Below, one piece after another: positions 61,543 through 64,000 of a stretch of 64,000 nt of DNA. The DNA comes from an uncultured bacterium (GTDB taxonomy: Bacteria; Hydrothermota; Tepidihabitantia; Tepidihabitantales; Tepidihabitantaceae), in assembly GCA_964590395.1 (NCBI GenBank), contig CAZPVT010000005.1, positions 182,064 to 246,063 of the forward strand, read 5' to 3'. Every line of letters begins with the position of its first letter. Within the stretch, counting starts at the first letter, position 1. A model generated the notes under the pieces. That model searched no databases, was not told the DNA's origin, and saw nothing but the letters and a program-made list of their open reading frames with translations. Both the position numbers and the translations under genes were made by a program.

Positions 61543-61650
61543 ATTCACAAATTTAACCTAAGTAATTTATCTGTCAAACTGGGCAGAATCAGGTTTTTTG
61601 CTTTCAGACCGGGGATAAAAGTTGATATTCTGGATAGGGAGAGTTGATAG

Positions 61651-62202
61651 TTAGCTGGTCAGTTGTTCATAATAGTCAACCCTGCCGACACCAAAGGGAA
61701 AACGGGCAACCCGTTGCCCCATTCCGTCCGGTAAGGTGCGGATTAAGTACAGGGAGTCGATGACCCCCAGGGTTTTTCCCATACGGTTTGCCTCAGTGAG
61801 TGCCGGATCAAGAGCATTTGGGTCGGCAACACGAAAAAGGATTAGGTGAGATTTGAGTTCTTCTTCGGAGAGGAGCAGAGGTGAGGGTTCCACACCAGTG
61901 AGACTGCGGCGCAGAGCGAGAATCGCTTCCTGTCCCCGGGTGATTTCTCCGATAATCGTCTCTCCTGCCCGCTGCCACTTTTCAACCGTTATTGCCAAGG
62001 GGTGAAGGTTTCTTCGGGTGTGACTGATAAAGTCAATTACAGACAGGATTTCTCCCAGATCTGCTGGAACCCACGGCAAGACGAGCTGAATATACGGTTC
62101 CGGCTGATCGATGTTGGGAGCAAATCTTTCACGCAGTTGCTGAAATTCTGTGGACAGTTCAAGCTTGGGAAAGAGGACGATAGTGAAATATGAGACTTTC
62201 AT
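61651..62202 (-). CDS. Hypothetical protein (possibly a degenerate 2H-phosphoesterase/LigT-like fold).
   Basis: 183-aa ORF. Only a weak HxI/L pattern (KSHLILF); no confident family call. Confidence 0.3.
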   Translation of the reverse strand: MKVSYFTIVLFPKLELSTEFQQLRERFAPNIDQPEPYIQLVLPWVPADLGEILSVIDFISHTRRNLHPLAITVEKWQRAGETIIGEITRGQEAILALRRSLTGVEPSPLLLSEEELKSHLILFRVADPNALDPALTEANRMGKTLGVIDSLYLIRTLPDGMGQRVARFPFGVGRVDYYEQLTS

Positions 62203-62250
62203 AATTAATTATACTAAATTGTTAACTATTTGCAATATCTAAAGATAGCT

Positions 62251-63231
62251 TCAGTCAATACGTATCTGGGTTAGCAGGGGTTCATCTAAGGGAGTAGCAG
62301 TTATTAGCTGGTCGTCACACCGGACTTTTATTGCTGGTAGGTCTTTACCATCGGAATAGCGGGCGCAGAGGCGGGCAGCAATTGCAATGTCCTTAGGGGA
62401 ATGGGATTTGATTAGTATGGTAAGCGGACCAGGAATATCAACCGGTTCTAAGATGCTATCCTGTTTTGTGGCAAGGTTGGTGAGAATCCGGTTTTCCATT
62501 TCGTTTCTGCCAACCACCACCTTTTTCTCTGAGTGCAGACGAAAATGCCTGCCTACCCTTAGAATCTTCATATCCCAGATCGTTTCCTCGTTGTGATCAA
62601 AAGCTTCTTTAAGCCGGCGGGCAAAGTTTTTATCGGTTAAGAGACAACCACCAGCCGGACATGGATACTCTTTGATCCCGAACTTTTCTGCAAGGGCAAT
62701 CTGGGGCTTTCTTGAGCGTCCCTGAATTGCCAGCAATTTTCCCCGATCTACCAGTCCCTGAATTTCCGGTACTGTCGGTTCGAGCAGCTTTGCTGATAGG
62801 GGACGCAAGACCCTGCCGGTCAGGCCCGACTTCTTTTCAATCAATTTCAAAGATTGGAAATGCTGGGACATCGGCCTTTCTCCGAGCACCTCACCGGTAA
62901 TAATAAATTGCGCGCCGATCTCCTCCATATACTTGCGGGCAAGGCGAAAGGTGTAAATCCGACAGTCAATACAGGGGTTCATAGCACTGCCGTAACCGTG
63001 GTTGGGCTTTTTGAGCATCTGAATATAATCCTCGCCCACCGGGACGATTTTTAAGTTTATTCCCAGTTGTTCTGCCGCCTTTCGGGCTTCGTGCCGGCAG
63101 CCTTTCTTTGTGCAGGTGCAAAATGGGGTGACAAAATTGATACCGATAACATCAACGTTCTGCTCCAGGATGATTTTACAGGCGAGTATGGAGTCTAAAC
63201 CACCGGAAATCAATGCTAATGCTTTGGGCAT
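62251..63231 (-). CDS. ThiI-like PP-loop ATP pyrophosphatase / sulfurtransferase domain protein without a THUMP domain. The start is taken as the Met of MPKALALISGGLDS; the track's 100-aa N-terminal extension is rejected.
   Basis: PP-loop SGGLDS near the N-terminus; ThiI-like ITGEVLGERPMSQ block; Cys clusters FCTCTKKGC and CIDC. Confidence 0.5.
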   Translation of the reverse strand: MPKALALISGGLDSILACKIILEQNVDVIGINFVTPFCTCTKKGCRHEARKAAEQLGINLKIVPVGEDYIQMLKKPNHGYGSAMNPCIDCRIYTFRLARKYMEEIGAQFIITGEVLGERPMSQHFQSLKLIEKKSGLTGRVLRPLSAKLLEPTVPEIQGLVDRGKLLAIQGRSRKPQIALAEKFGIKEYPCPAGGCLLTDKNFARRLKEAFDHNEETIWDMKILRVGRHFRLHSEKKVVVGRNEMENRILTNLATKQDSILEPVDIPGPLTILIKSHSPKDIAIAARLCARYSDGKDLPAIKVRCDDQLITATPLDEPLLTQIRID

Positions 63232-63394
63232 ATTATTAAAAATATTACTGGTAATAGCAAAGTCAAAGGCAGTTGTGGTAATTAATGGACCGAAGTTTAT
63301 GTTCAGAATAACAATGTTGATTTCTGTTAAAGTAGTGAATTGACATTTTAAATACCGGGGTATAATAAGAACAGTTGCAATGGGAGGTGTTTTT

Positions 63395-63868
63395 ATGAAG
63401 AATGTTGGAAAACTGATTGTTTCACTGTTCGTGCCATTAGCAATTGGTTTTATTGGGTCAATCTTTACCCGGAGTGCAGTGAATAGCTGGTACAATACTA
63501 TTGATAAGCCGGTTTTTAATCCTCCCAATTGGCTTTTCGCGCCGGTCTGGACCGCTCTTTTTATTCTGATGGGCAGCGCCTTTTATCTGGTATGGGAAAA
63601 GGGTTACACTCCCCAAAGAGTTTCGTCCTATCTGGTCTATTCCGGACAACTGGTACTGAACCTTTTATGGTCGGTTTTCTTTTTCGGGTTAAAAAATCCG
63701 CTACTCGGGCTAATTGATATTATTCTGCTCTGGGGACTGATACTGCTGAATATTTTGCTTTTTTACCGAATAAGAGCGGTGGCTGGACTGCTTTTGATAC
63801 CTTATTTACTTTGGGTGAGTTTTGCGGCAATTTTAAATTTGAGCATCGTGATATTAAATTTGACTTAA
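63395..63868 (+). CDS. tspO: TspO/MBR family tryptophan-rich sensory protein.
   Basis: …WYNTIDKPVFNPPNWLFAPVWTALFILMG… is the TspO signature. GGGAGG lies 7 nt upstream of the ATG at 63395. Confidence 0.85.
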   Translation: MKNVGKLIVSLFVPLAIGFIGSIFTRSAVNSWYNTIDKPVFNPPNWLFAPVWTALFILMGSAFYLVWEKGYTPQRVSSYLVYSGQLVLNLLWSVFFFGLKNPLLGLIDIILLWGLILLNILLFYRIRAVAGLLLIPYLLWVSFAAILNLSIVILNLT

Positions 63869-63884
63869 AAAAGGAGGTAAAAAA

Positions 63885-64000
63885 TGGAAAACACAACTGA
63901 AAGAAGAGGAATGCCCCTTTTAGGGGATGATTTTCCGGAGATGAAGGTTCAGACTACCCGTGGCGTAATGGAACTGCCCAAGGCTTTTGCCGGCAGATGG
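63885..64000 (+). CDS. Peroxiredoxin (Prx6/1-Cys-like), N-terminal fragment; the gene continues beyond the window.
   Basis: AAGGAGG ribosome-binding site. …[23 protein letters not shown]…GRW matches a peroxiredoxin N-terminus. Confidence 0.65.

Overview
This window is a 64-kb chromosomal core region from a gene-dense, apparently uncultivated bacterium. GC content is about 50%. Genes overlap frequently (ATGA and TGATG junctions). A protein with a T9SS-type C-terminal sorting domain points to an FCB-like or candidate-phylum lineage. I see no mobile element, CRISPR array or prophage, and almost everything is housekeeping.

Feature order along the window:
- Minus strand, a trxA operon: a putative outer-membrane beta-barrel protein, a DUF4097-like lipoprotein, then thioredoxin.
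- cysS, tRNA-Ile, sppA.
- Minus strand: secA followed by two small bitopic coiled-coil proteins, then a HEAT-repeat protein.
- A 967-aa S8 subtilase with a T9SS C-terminal domain.
- An E. coli tufB-like tRNA cluster (Thr-Tyr-Gly-Thr) feeding into tuf, rpmG, tRNA-Trp, secE, nusG, rplKAJL, rpoBC, rpsL and rpsG. No fusA follows; recJ converges immediately instead.
- A long minus-strand block: dnaB, radA, a PIN/TRAM YacL-like gene, then an unusual operon of two paralogous PTS-EIIA(Ntr)-type-domain::ion-transporter fusion proteins separated by a Usp-like gene and followed by a translationally coupled TPR/GT-C-like membrane protein.
- Further minus strand: dtd, yicC, gmk, rpoZ, coaBC, a signal-peptide DJ-1/PfpI family protein, a HemW-like protein that has lost its radical-SAM cysteines, lepB, and a DUF554 gene whose 3' end is frameshifted.
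- A 657-bp ORF-free region with RNA-like motifs.
- rsmD, coaD, obg, dprA; convergent nadC; a cytoplasmic PAS histidine kinase with a single-domain response regulator; cutA followed by a second HEAT-repeat protein.
- Minus strand: ftsY, smc, a 400-bp ORF-poor spacer, an M23 peptidase, parB, parA, a hypothetical protein, a THUMP-less ThiI-like PP-loop protein; then tspO and the start of a peroxiredoxin.

The best candidate for an undescribed system is the EIIA-permease / Usp / EIIA-permease / TPR-membrane-protein operon. Everything else of note is smaller: pseudoenzymes, frameshifts and possible ncRNA loci.
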